A DNA stretch of 63,791 nucleotides, the filler included, from Aduncisulcus paluster (Eukaryota): the NCBI GenBank assembly GCA_024181965.1. It is 4 parts of 4 records of this genome, joined end to end, with 100 filler letters (N's around TTAATTAATTAA, not from the genome) between each part and the next. Parts side by side here need not be neighbours in the genome. Positions count along the whole stretch, not along the records: positions 1 to 22,917 come from BQXS01012421.1; 3 more parts are not named here. The stretch is one strand, 5' to 3'. Within the stretch, counting starts at the first letter, position 1. Each line of letters starts with the position of its first letter. Positions 1 through 11,942 of the stretch are shown piece after piece. Position numbers and translations under genes: made by a program. The notes below the pieces were generated by a model. That model did no database searches, was not told the origin of the DNA, and saw only the letters and a program-made list of their open reading frames with translations.

Positions 1-2
1 CT

Positions 3-605
3 GAGTTCCCAGCTCAAGTAGCAACATCCATGTTCGATTTCGTCCTTGGAATTGCTCTTGTTCTTTTCTTTTTCTACTCTTTCTCACTCGTGCTCCAAAA
101 TAAGACCACTAATGAAGTGTTCAAATATCAGGATGTTCGCTATGCCATTAGAAACGGACAGATCTGGCCTGTCGATGAAAATCACAAACCTATCGATGTT
201 CCAATTAAAGAACGTGAGAAACTCCTTCTTAAAAATCCCTTTGACCAAGGAAAGTGGAAGAATTTGAAGCAGATTATCTCTGGCGCAACTCTTAAGAAAG
301 CTCCCCCCAAACCAGGACCCACGTGGCCATTTGATCTTAGAGAAGGTGGTGGATGTTGTTGTAATGCTCCCAATACTCCACGTGCACACGGTAAAGATTC
401 CATTCCTGGTTCTAAGAAGAGTGGAAAGAAGAAGGAGAAATCTTTGGATCATCAAAGTGAAGTGTCTTCTCATAAGGTGTCTGGAGGTAAAAAGGGGAAA
501 GGAAAGGGGAAAGGAAAGGGAAAAGGAAAAGGAAAAGGGAAAGGAAAGTCTCAAGGGGGTAAAGCTAACCCTGTAAGTCAAGAGAAAGATATTGTTAATA
601 AATAA
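3..605 (+). CDS. DHHC-type palmitoyltransferase, C-terminal part (5' truncated by window edge)
   Basis: Frame is open from base 3. A hydrophobic TM is followed by NKTTNE (TTxE motif) and NPFDQGKWKNLKQII (PaCCT motif), both typical of zDHHC C-termini. Lys/Gly-rich tail. Confidence 0.8.
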   Translation, partial: EFPAQVATSMFDFVLGIALVLFFFYSFSLVLQNKTTNEVFKYQDVRYAIRNGQIWPVDENHKPIDVPIKEREKLLLKNPFDQGKWKNLKQIISGATLKKAPPKPGPTWPFDLREGGGCCCNAPNTPRAHGKDSIPGSKKSGKKKEKSLDHQSEVSSHKVSGGKKGKGKGKGKGKGKGKGKGKSQGGKANPVSQEKDIVNK

Positions 606-1079
606 TCCGTTTACTGCTAAGATGATATAAAAATCACAATTAAAATTCTCATTGGGACAATAAAACAAACCAATATAAAAATAATAGTTCTTAATTTGTT
701 TAAAGGTCTTCTTGAAAGTTTTTGTTGCATTTTTTTTCATTGGCTACCGTTGTATAAATTAAATAATCTGAATACATGTGAATTAAATAGTATTTGTTTT
801 TAATAGTAATTTCTTTTCCATTTATTTATGCAAATACATGTCCTATGAGTTGCTATTTCAAATAATTAGAAGTTCTTGTCGTTGATGATCTCAACTACAA
901 TGAAAGGTATTCCTCGCCTATTCTGTTCATCAAATATATGACGGTTGTTGTGGTTCTTATTGCGATGTTTACTACGGGGTATTTGATGTATAAATTTTCT
1001 CGAATATTATGACTCGAAATTTCAATGAAAAGTTTTCAGCATTTTCCGTTCTCGTAGGTGAGAATTACAATAGGAGAAA

Positions 1080-4000
1080 TTATTGAACGCATTCATTAAA
1101 TTCATCGATCAGGTTTCTTGGGTTCGCTATTTCCTTTTCACCCTCGAGAGATATCTTACTATGAGTCTCCTTGGTTCGAGCTGAGGCAGATTTTATAGTG
1201 CTACAACATAAACAAGGATCATTAAGTCGTTTTCTAAGAATCTTGGAAAAATCAACACTTTTCTTAACTTCTCTTGGTTTGTACCGTATTTCTTCCAAAA
1301 TCGAAACTTCACATACTGAATGTGGAGCAGTTGGGGAATTCACAATCAATTTTGATCTCTCCAAACAATCCCATACTTTCCCATCCCTTGAGAATACAAA
1401 TTCATGTTTATCCATACCAATGCGACCTATATCTTTGATCCTGTGCATATTCCATCTTTGGATACAAATACCAGGTGTGCTTCCACTAATTTCCATCTCT
1501 CGAATAAAGAATGAATTGAAGGTATAAATATGTATTAAAGGGTGGAACAGGGAAGATATCTCAAGGGGAGGAGGGTGATCATCCAGAGGTGCATAGGTAG
1601 GGTCTAATTTTCTCATGAAATCAGATCGAGATTGAGGTATAGCATTCCACTTCTTGATCCAGTCCACATACTTATTACAATTGGATTTGACATCTTTGAG
1701 ATCAGAGCTAACAACTTTTCCTTTTGCGTCAGCTATTGTATCACACTCGATTTCCCAAATACAACCGAGCATTGCCCTCTCAAATAGTTTGATGTGATTT
1801 TTAAAATTGCTCACCAAATCTTGGTTTTCAACACCATTATTTTTTGTCTCGTATATTTCTAAACTGTCTCTCATTAATTCCGAATTACCAGAGTCTGGGA
1901 GTTTTTGGTCACAATATATTTTCCATTCGTCGAGAAATTGTAGAACAGGGCGTAAGCAATTCTTAGTTGTTTTAGTTTCAACTTCAACGTACAATTTGCC
2001 CTCATATATATGGAGCCACCTTTCAAGATGTTCTTGTTGTTTGTCAGTAATATCCTTCTTATGATATAAATAAAATGTTGAAAGGATGTCCCAAATATCT
2101 GCCAAGTATTCTTTTTTTGATAACACAATCGAATAGTATTTTTTCTCTTCTTTTTCTAACAAGTTATCCCTATCCCTGACAGTTTTCGAATAAATTGAAG
2201 AAAGCGAATGAAATTCAACGGGTTTTATCACAACAGAATCACTGGCAGTCGAAGCAAAAGCATTTTGAAAGTAAACCATCGAAGGAAATTGAGCTAAAAC
2301 ATCAAAAAGGGCATTAGTAATAAAATCACCCCTATCCGACGATGAATATTGGAATATATCCATTAGTTCTTCTTTTCCTCTTCTTCTCAAAGCATAGATT
2401 AGTTTACCCCTTCCTGTGGTTGTCCACTGTTTCCGAAAATTATCAGATCTTGAATGTCCAGATGGAACACTAATCGCACATCCAGTGGTACATGAAGAGA
2501 ATGATTCGTGAAAAGTGAGGTTTGATCCATGATGTGGAATCGTAGCAAAATGAGAATTTGTATTTCTTGAAAATACAATGATGGTTCCATCATATTCAAG
2601 TTTTGTTTCATCTGAATTAAGGGTGTTACTTGTTAAAAACCCTTCGGGGTTTGGCATTCCGATATGTTTTCCCGTGGAAGCACCTTGTTCCATATCACCC
2701 GTAAAAAAGGCCTTAAAATTCTCACCATCAGGCGAAACAAATGAAGTTTGACTTATTGATAATCTTGGGGAAGAAGAAACGATAGCGGAATCTTCTATTT
2801 TAGGGCCTAAAATTTTAGCGGAAGACGTTTCCTTTGGATTATAATAAAACAATACACCTAGTGAAGTGGAATTTGGATCTGTTGGACTTTCAAAATTTGT
2901 AGGAACAAACATTGTAATCCGAAACGGACAATTATCAAAAGGTTCGCGTTCAAATATTGATTTTTCTTTTTTTCCTTCTAGAAAAGTCTTTCTTTCACCA
3001 GATGTTGTTAAAGAAAGATATTCTTCTATCGTATCATCGGATTGAAAGGGATCTTGATATATTTGGAATCACATTTTTCTCGAAATTCAATATAATCTTT
3101 AAGCGATTTCTCCTGAAATGAAAATAGTGGCTCGTCTTTTAAATATGTTCGATAAAACATGTCTCCTTTACGTGCTCTTCCATCAATTAACTCCTCAATA
3201 AATCCATTTTCCCGAAATCCGCGATGATCTTTATGATCATGTGTCAATATATTCCAAATATTCGACATCATAAAGGTACGATGTAATTATATCCTTAATT
3301 TTGTTTTCCTGTTCCATAACTGTTTTTTCTTGGTCACTCTTATCGCCTGAATCAATGATAGCCGCATAGTTCCCACTTTTAATGGTATAGAAATTGTAAT
3401 AATTTTTTAAACCCAGAACAATGTAACCCGTTTCAACTTCCATGGAAAGATTACCATAAAATTTAATCAATGTAAAAAAATCGCTCAACTTTTCATCATT
3501 ATCGCCTCGAATTATACAATAAGACACATTTTTGAGGTCAATATTGGTGAGTGTATACCATTTAGACCCTGTTGGTTCGTCCTGCTTAATACCAGCAGCT
3601 GCTGGTCCATCAGTCTTTTCTATTTGATCCCATCCAAGAGGGATCTTTCTCAAAGTAACAGAGGAATCAATATGAACAAAAGTGAGGATAAGATTCTGAG
3701 GACATTTTTGCAGAGAAAAATTTCGACGACGTAATGAGACTATGATTCCATCAATATCGTTCGCAAAAAAAGAATAATGCAAAGAATGTGGATTTTGGAT
3801 CTCTAAGGATCTCATTAAAGGTCTATCAGGGATGGTTTTAGAATTTCGAGAAATTCCTTTAAGTATAATATCATTTTTAATCAGAGGCGAATCTTTAGGA
3901 GTTAATTCAATAACTCCAAGCTTCTTTGGAATACGTTTTACAACCGTAAACTCCATAAACTTTGGAGTAATCTCTTCTCCTTCAAGTCGTTTAATAATTC

Positions 4001-6464
4001 TTATTCCTCTAAGATCAACTTTTATACGGCTTTCAGAGGCATTATAACAGATAAATTTAATAGATTTAATAGAAGTGAGGTCTAAATTAAAATAATGCCA
4101 CTGCAAGGTTCGCATCATGTCTTTCAAATCAAAATGATTGGTTATCAGTGATTCAGATTCTGATTCAGAGACTTCTTGAATTGCTTCGATGGACAATATT
4201 GAGGGGAACTTTGAATCTTCTATGACAGAAAAACATAAATATACTCCTTGAATATTCTGAGGGTCGTTGAAGCCCATTGATAGTTCAGAAAATTTAATTG
4301 ACTTATCTTTACCTTCCAAAAGTGAATGAAGAACTTTGGATATATCTCTTACAGCTTTCGAATAACCTCGAGAAGAACACTGAGAGAAATCAATAGTTCC
4401 GTTGATAACATTAGAATTGGACATTGGAATTGGAGGTTTCAAATCATATTCACCACAATGATTATACCACCCCTGATTAATAAAACTGGCAGATCGTCTA
4501 GGTTTGAAAGATGGATCAGCTTGAAGCTTTTCCTTAATAATTTTGCCGAGAATGTCATCTAAACCATGAAATTTAATAAACTTTCCTTCAATTTTTGGGA
4601 TTTTATCTTTGGATTTCACCTGACCTCCACTCAGAGTTGTGGACTTATGAAATTCTATCGCTTTTCTTTGTAATAACAATTGACCATATTCCCGTAATAA
4701 TAAATCTGTTCCTGCCTGAATTGGAATTGTAATATGTGATAAGTCAGCATCTTTAATTGGAGAAAAATGGAGTCCGCCATGATATACTGACAAAGGAGGA
4801 GGATGAGATTGACTAGATTCACCCGGAGATTGAGGAGATTCGCCCGGAGATATAGTAAAAGCCACATCAACTGCAGTGGAATCAGTTAGATCCTCAAAAG
4901 CAGGCCCGTTGAAAACAACCATAATAGGACGTTCAAGGACAACAGCAAGACCGAAAATATCTAAATGGTCAGCAAATTCATTTTTAAGGTAAAATATCAA
5001 TATATCTATCAAAGAAAAAAGATTTGGAATTTGACTATGATCCTGTTCAACTACCTTAACAGCCAAATGAAGCTCATATCTAATAACATGTGTTTGTAAC
5101 TCCCGGGGACTCATATTCTTCCTCAAATCTTCCATTAAATAGAGAATAGAATCATATAGGCATAAATTTTTGCGTTTGGTGGGAGCCAAGACAATTTTGC
5201 CGTGCTCTATCTTCTCGTCTGTATTCAAGTTCTGTAAGTTGACGTTTTTATAAGATGTAAATTGAGAATAGAAATCAGCTGAAAAAGAATCCTCTTGTAA
5301 GATGTTATAGATCATTGAATAGAAACCATAATACAGAGAACGTAGTTCATAATTTTTGAGACTAACAATAATTTTTATATCTTCTATTTCATTTTGTAAT
5401 GAGTCGGCTCGTATTCTATCCCATAGACTGTCGGGACTATGCTCAGCATCATCAATATCTGCCATCGTTATCTTTTTATATGATCTCTGATCAACTGATG
5501 AAATGAGCTCTTCTGGTTCACTCTCAAGTTCACTATTCAAATTTGGGGATGTGATAGGAGGGCAGCCAGTTTGTCTCTGACCAGCAAATGTAATGGACTT
5601 TTCTGATTCACTTTCAACCTCACTATGTAAAGTTACAGATTTAAGCTCCATTGGTTCCTTAACCACCCTACCACTGAATGACTCTAATAATCGTTTGCCA
5701 TAATTATTTAATAAATCTAGTGATACCTCCTGATGTGGTCTTGGAGGATCGATCACAGCATTGATAATAGGAGAATAATGCAGTCTACCATGATATACCC
5801 ACAAAGGATGAGACGGAGCAGATCCACCTGGAGACATAAGAAATCCAACGTTGACAATGCAATTATTCGATAAATCCTCAAATACAGGCCCATTGAAAAC
5901 AACCATAATAGGACGTTCAAGGACAACAGCAAGGGCGGAAATATCTAAATGTTCGGCGAATCCCTTTTTAAGGTCCTTCATCAATTTATCAATCAAAGAA
6001 ATAAGATTTGGAATTTGACTAAGATCCTGTTCAACTACCTTAACAGCCAAATGAAGCTCATATTTTATAACATGTGTTTGTAACTCCCGGGGACTCATAT
6101 TCTTCCTCAAATCTTCCATTAAATAGAGAATAGAATCATATAGGCATAAATTTTCTGTTCTGGTTGGGGCCAAGACAATTTTGCAGTCCTCTATCTTTTC
6201 ACCTTTCTTCAAGTTCTGTAAGTTGACGGTTCTACTGTTTAAAAGAAATCTAGAATAGAATCTCTCAATGCTGTCTTCATCTGTAAAAATGGGATCGTTT
6301 GGCAAGGATAATAATATCAATTTAACTCTTTCACCGAGTTCTTCATGGTTCAAGGGCATGAATAATATCTAGATCTTCTTCTGCATTTTTGACGACCGAT
6401 TTCGTATTCTATCCCATAGACATTCGGGAGTTTGCTCAGCATCATCAATATGAATATCTGCCAT
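1080..6464 (-). pseudogene. Frameshift-interrupted multidomain gene: 2x OTU-like protease + 2x repeated beta domain + ComEC/Rec2-like metallo-beta-lactamase + C-terminal region
   Basis: ORFs 6369-6587, 3237-6359, 3026-3271 and 1080-2912 are colinear. OTU motifs NLCLYDSI..(F)AEHLDISALAVVLERPIMVV..VYHGRLHYSPI occur twice. MBL motifs are split across frames: IIDSG (~3350), THDHKDH (~3224-3244), FTGD (~2700), PHHGS (~2530), AISVPSGH. Confidence 0.7.
4750..6464 (-). repeat. Internal direct duplication (two ~700 bp units, ~6464-5760 and ~5465-4750) encoding the two OTU-like domains
   Basis: Near-identical DNA and peptide (LCLYDSILYLMEDLRKNMSPRELQTHVI.YELHLAVKVVEQD.SQIPNL). Both units begin MADI..DDAE..P..LWDRIR. 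Confidence 0.9.
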
Positions 6465-7957
6465 CGAGTTTAGATAATTGGAATAGCTAGAAATTATAAA
6501 AAAATGTGGCACAAATAAAAAAGTAAGAAACATAAAATGGAAGAAAAATATAATAATTGGGGGAATTAACATACATTTAGTCGACAAACACTGCTGGGTT
6601 TGTTGGGATGATGCAGATCAACTGGATCCAGGCTACAACTCGCAGAAAAAATAATAAAAAATGGCAATTCGACCGGATTTTATTTTTATTCTATTCGATA
6701 CCTCGTTTCTATGGAGAACTCGCTTTGAGAAAGTCCTAAAACCCTTTGAAGATTGCGTTTATTCATAATTATGATATCATGAATTCATTTAATTTCCGAA
6801 AGAACTTACAAATTCATGGTTTCAATTGAACAATAATGTAAAATACGAGAGATGATGTAAACTCTTCATTATTTCAAGATCTGATAGCAGTTCATTCACT
6901 ATTAAGATGCAAAATAATATCATAATTCATGGGCAATATATATTAATTTGAATAACTGCTAATGAATAACATTTTTCAATTCTGGAATTCGAATTCGATG
7001 TTTTGTCATAATACAAAAACAATTTCTCTAAATATTTCGAATTTTCTCTTATGAATTTATATTTCCCATACCTTTCTTGTCGCGCTTAAGATGTGGTCTC
7101 CATTGTTATCCCCTTTCTATGGAAGTGTTCTATTTTCTGTTCTCAAGCAATCTATGATGGCTGGAAGTCGATAAATGCGGTATAAATATATACTTATGGA
7201 CCGGTATTAATTCCGAAAAAGTTGTTCCCTCATTAATCTTGTCTCATTCCTGGGGTGGCAAATTTGGGAGAGTCTCCCCAGAGTAGAGTACAGGTATGAT
7301 ATTTTCCTCTATTTAATTGTTGAGAAAGATCTCACTTTAAGACCCTGAGATCTTTGCTTCAACTTTATGGTTTGTTATCAATATTCTATCATGATTTTAT
7401 AATTTGTCATGTTGATATTTCATTAATTTCGACAGAATGCCATTGTTGGAATGATTAGGTCGAAATCTCATTTAAGAATGAACTGCAGATTAAATAACCC
7501 AAGGAAACAAACTCGGTATTGATTTATAGATTCAAGGACCAGGGAAATGGTTATTGAACATGTTTATTATTATTCCTTCCATCAGGAAGTGAGGTTCTTC
7601 GTAACTTGTTAAGATGGCAAACAAGAAAAACAAAGATGATTTCGATAAATATCCTTTGAGAATGAGACTATAATAACATGCCATGGACCATCAGTGATGT
7701 TGCGGGATGTTAAGATTGTTAGGACATAAGTGGATGAACATTCAAATATTCATAATAATAGTTATATATAGCATATATACCGAGTAGTTGGAATTTAAAA
7801 AGAAAAAGAGGATAAAAAAATTACAAGAAAGAAAATTAACATAACAAAAGGATTAAAAAAGTAAAATAATTCGAAAAACAACACGAAAAAAAAAAAAAAA
7901 AAAAAAGAGAGAGAGAGAATTTTGTGACTGATGTACTGGCTATCATCGTTTCTATTA

Positions 7958-10036
7958 TCATACTCCGCCACCGATTCCTGATCCAGGAATAGATATCTTA
8001 GTTTTTTCCTCAAAAATGAGAGAAATTTCTTTCTTTTTCTTTGCTTCTTGTGAAAGGGAGGGCTTCTTTTTCTTTGCAGAGAAAATTAATTTTTCAGCAG
8101 TGGATGTATCAGTTAACGTTCTTGGAGTTGACGTTATTCTTTCCTCCTTTTCCGGCATTGTTGTCTCATGTTGTTGTTCTTTTGCCACTTTCTTTGATGA
8201 CACCACTCTCAGATCGGATACAATGGCACCATCGACCTCCATTTCTTCACGGGTGCGTTCAACAAGATCAGTATGTTCATCAACGACTATCCTTTCATGT
8301 GTGAAAATGAACTTTCTGAATGATGATTCAAGCCCTTCAATCAAACCGGCTACATCAACGTGAGTGTCAGTAACACTCTTCACTTGAGGTTGTAATGACA
8401 AAGAAGACATCTCGGTTTCTATGTATTTCATAAGCTTAACTAAATAAAAGAAGCGAGAAAGAAGAGAAGGGCCTGCGTCTGTCTTGACAATCGTGCATAA
8501 ATTGCGCTGAAGCTGTGAGATTCTCCTTTTCATGTCTCCGAGAGAACGACGTTGAATGGCCAATATACGATCACTTTCCCTTGCTTGAGCATCGATAGCA
8601 CGTACATATTCATGTTCCATCGTATCCAACTTCTTCCTTGCCATTGAGAACACATTGTGAACACAATTCTTACTTGTCACAGCAGTCTGAAGGACATTAA
8701 CACTCATCTCACTCACAGCATGTGTTCCACTGANNNNNNNNNNNNNNNNNNNNTTAACTAAATAAAAGAAGCGAGAAAGAAGAGAAGGGCCTGCGTCTGT
8801 CTTGACAATCGTGCATAAATTGCGCGGAAGCTGTGAGATTCTCCTTTTCATGTCTCCGAGAGAACGACGTTGAATGGCCAATATACGATCACTTTCCCTT
8901 GCTTGAGCATCGATAGCACGTACATATTCATGTTCCATCGTATCCAACTTCTTCCTTGCCATTGAGAACACATTGTGAACACAATTCTTACTTGTCACAG
9001 CAGTCTGAAGGACATTAACACTCATCTCACTCACAGCATGTGTTCCACTGACACAGTATGTCGTGAAGCTGGTGAGAAGGGCGATGTCATTCTTCAGTTG
9101 GCGTCTGGCAATAGCTACTGCATCAGTGGCATCGTGACAAGTACAGATAGAGTCAGCTCCAGTTGAGAACCCTCTATGAGAGTCACCAGTCTCACTGTGA
9201 GGTGATGAAAGGGCACACATCTCACACATTGGACGCATATCTCGAGTGTCAACAAGGGATATAACTCTGTGATGAGTTGGACAAAGGGTGAAATAGTTCT
9301 TCTCAACATACCTCAGAGGGATCAAAGTATCATCACGTGAAACAGCAGAATCTATCAAAATGGGTACTCCAGAAGAAGAAGAAGAAGAAGAAGAAGAGGC
9401 TTCTTTGGAACGTTTAGCAGAGAGACACTCGAGACAGTAATATTTCTGATCTATAGCATGGAAATATCTCGCTTTACGGATAGGATGAGGAGCAGAGGGA
9501 GACTGGGTTCGTCTCATGACAGAAGTTGGTGGGAGAAGAGATGGTTGTCTTCCACTTTCAAGGCCCATAGGAATCGGTGCAGAGCTTGAAGAAGATACTG
9601 ATGCTGATTTGGCTCGGGCGAGTTCAAGACAGACATCACATTTAACACGAGGAATAACCATCCTATCATACCGGTCTTTCCCAAAATGGGTATTGACAAG
9701 CTGTCGAGAATAGAAATTGGGGATAAGCTTCGGGAAACCAGAAGCATTCGCAACTCCAATTGTTGAATGAGAACAAACGGGACAATCGTACCTAAAAACA
9801 CTTTCCATTTCACTGCATTTCTCTCCTTCGTGAATGACTCGTTCGCTATTATTCACGCAAGCTAGACAGAGAGAATGTGAGCATGTAAGAAGATAACTAG
9901 CAACATTCCGATGGCATTTATCACATCTCACAACTTTTGAATGAAAGTCGGATGATTTTTCAGGGTCCGAAGAAGTCTGTTCAAATTTTGCTCGATGAGA
10001 ATCTGGTAAACCTTTGGATGAAGAGCAAGATTTCAT
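7958..10036 (-). CDS. RING finger / B-box / coiled-coil (TRIM-like) E3 ubiquitin ligase
   Basis: CDKC..LTCSHSLCLAC..CPVC (RING), a B-box-like CDVC..YYCLEC and CPTHH..PMCEMC..H, then a coiled-coil. About 300 bp is artefactually duplicated around gap 8734-8753. Confidence 0.75.
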   Translation of the reverse strand: MKSCSSSKGLPDSHRAKFEQTSSDPEKSSDFHSKVVRCDKCHRNVASYLLTCSHSLCLACVNNSERVIHEGEKCSEMESVFRYDCPVCSHSTIGVANASGFPKLIPNFYSRQLVNTHFGKDRYDRMVIPRVKCDVCLELARAKSASVSSSSSAPIPMGLESGRQPSLLPPTSVMRRTQSPSAPHPIRKARYFHAIDQKYYCLECLSAKRSKEASSSSSSSSSGVPILIDSAVSRDDTLIPLRYVEKNYFTLCPTHHRVISLVDTRDMRPMCEMCALSSPHSETGDSHRGFSTGADSICTCHDATDAVAIARRQLKNDIALLTSFTTYCVSGTHAVSEMSVNVLQTAVTSKNCVHNVFSMARKKLDTMEHEYVRAIDAQARESDRILAIQRRSLGDMKRRISQLPRNLCTIVKTDAGPSLLSRFFYLVXXXXXXXXSGTHAVSEMSVNVLQTAVTSKNCVHNVFSMARKKLDTMEHEYVRAIDAQARESDRILAIQRRSLGDMKRRISQLQRNLCTIVKTDAGPSLLSRFFYLVKLMKYIETEMSSLSLQPQVKSVTDTHVDVAGLIEGLESSFRKFIFTHERIVVDEHTDLVERTREEMEVDGAIVSDLRVVSSKKVAKEQQHETTMPEKEERITSTPRTLTDTSTAEKLIFSAKKKKPSLSQEAKKKKEISLIFEEKTKISIPGSGIGGGV

Positions 10037-10518
10037 AATAAAGTATTAAACTAAACTCAATATATCAAAAAGAACAACAATAAGAATATAATAAGCTAAT
10101 ATTGGATATTAGTAGATTAGGATACGATAGTAATGCGAATGAAGCCAAAAACATCGGAAATACAAGGGAGAAAAAATAAATAGGATAAATTATTACAGAT
10201 AGTACGTTTATATTTCGATTTTCCTCACATCTCTGGGATAAAATTGTCCATGAAAGAGTGGAGTGGGCAATTCATGGTTCGAAGATTCTCATTTCCGTCA
10301 TGTGTCTAATACAACACTATTGCAGCGACAAATAACTTAAAATAATTCTAACAGTCAGTAAAGTTTTTATTTATTGAAAAAATCTTGATGGAATCTAAGT
10401 AAATGTAACCCAACGATGAAATGAAGGGAATGTAGTATCATGAACTATTTTCATGACCAAGATGATTGACATTGCGAGTGAAAACTGCCTTTTTGCGATA
10501 TACATTCACATAAAACAA

Positions 10519-11083
10519 TTAAATAATCCTACCACCAACACAGGTAAGAGGTTTCTCGGGATCTTTTTCACCAGTGTAAGCGTGGATAACTTCACCGACA
10601 AAAATACTGTGATCACCATATTCATGGACTCCAATCAATTTGCATTCCATTGCAGACGTACATTCTGGCACCAATGGAAGTCCATACTTACCAATGAAAG
10701 GAGTAACTCCAGCCTTCTCGAACTTGTTGGTCTTTGATGAATGACCACAGGCAAAGGCTTGACCTATTTCTTTCTGATCCGAAGAGAGAGTACAGATGGA
10801 GAATTTCTTGGATTCTTGAATAGCCTTGAAAGATTCACGTTTGGGGGAAATGGCAACCTGGATAATAGGAGGGCGGGCAGAAACAAATGAATACCAGCCA
10901 GCGGTGAGTCCACCTTGAACTTCACCATGTTCCCATGTCACAACGGCAACAGATAACCCAACATTCATAAATACTGGATACGAATAAGAATTATAAAAAT
11001 AAATGAGATAAATATGGAAAAGTTTGACAAAATTAAAAGAATAACGTACTTCCAACTGGTGGGGCGTGTTCCTTTAATGGCAT
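10519..11083 (-). CDS. Flavin reductase-like FMN-binding protein (flavoredoxin/DIM6-NTAB family), 2 exons (11083-11050, 10973-10519)
   Basis: Motifs TAGWYSFVSARPP, ISPKRES, NKFEKAG, MECKL..GDHSIFVGEV. Removing a GTACGT...CAG intron gives MPLKEHAPPVGIFMNVG. Confidence 0.88.
10974..11049 (-). other. Spliceosomal intron (76 nt, GTACGT...CCAG)
   Basis: Canonical donor and acceptor with an AT-rich body. Removal joins an upstream ATG exon in frame. Confidence 0.75.
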
Positions 11084-11345
11084 TTTCTTATGTTGATGTC
11101 AAAACTTCAATTTGACATTTACGGGCATTTCAACCAAAAAAAAAATTGGTTCATAGGCAAAATTTATTTAAAATGCGGAAATAAGGCAATAATTGATATA
11201 ATTTCTTTCGCAATGATTTCACTATCATTCAGTGATGAAATGCAAAGAACGACTAATCTAAAAGAACACGTTTTCTTGGTTCATTCAGGTTCTTGATTGT
11301 TTATCCTTTTTATTATCTTTCCCTGTGATATATATCTCTACAATC

Positions 11346-11942
11346 ATGAATATAAAGTTAGTCGAAACTCGTATTACTACAAGATATCAAGAATTTTGTG
11401 GTTTACTTGAAAAAGCTTATCCTTCTACTTCTTTTCCGAAAAAAGTTCATTCTACTGAGATATTCCAATTTGTTCAAAGTGTTTTCCCTCCTTCTTTCTT
11501 TGTAACAGAATCTTCGTCAACAAAAAATTTAAATGAAATGTTACGCAGTGTTGTTTTGATTGCAAGATTATCTTCCTTCGAAATTGCCCATGCCTGTGCA
11601 TTAATGGATGTTTTTTATGCCAACATTCTGAAAGAATTTAAGGCCAAGACACAATCTCTCGAATCTGACACTTCTATCATTATTCCGCCATTAAACATAC
11701 CTTTATGTTTCATAATTAGCTGTATTATAAGTTGCAAACTATTTGCAGATCGCCAATATACCCTTTCATCATGGGCTAAACTTTCACATTTCGATTCGAC
11801 CGTTCTTGTGGATTCTGAGCTTTCTTTCCTTGAAATCCTTAAATATCGAGCCTTGATTCCAAGGAGATACGTCAAAAAATACCATGAACGGTTCCTTAAA
11901 GTCCCGATGGAGGATTGCTTCGGCTGGCGCACCTTTTTCTAA
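11346..11942 (+). CDS. Cyclin, PHO80/PCL-like
   Basis: IISCKLFADRQYTLSSWAKLS..LVDSELSFLEILKYRAL matches the cyclin-box helices of Pho80/Pcl-type cyclins. Confidence 0.8.
   Translation: MNIKLVETRITTRYQEFCGLLEKAYPSTSFPKKVHSTEIFQFVQSVFPPSFFVTESSSTKNLNEMLRSVVLIARLSSFEIAHACALMDVFYANILKEFKAKTQSLESDTSIIIPPLNIPLCFIISCIISCKLFADRQYTLSSWAKLSHFDSTVLVDSELSFLEILKYRALIPRRYVKKYHERFLKVPMEDCFGWRTFF

Noticed and set aside
6369..6371. Genome-wide stop-codon reassignment (TAR=Gln as in hexamitids, or TGA=Trp/Sec) to explain in-frame stops here and at 37261
   Set aside because: Conserved genes end properly at TAA (ferritin, WDR12), TAG (dNK) and TGA (RER1, BBS5), so the standard code applies.
6600..7790. Long intergenic stretch that might be a decayed mobile element or pseudogene
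   Set aside because: No sustained ORF or convincing motif could be read on either strand.
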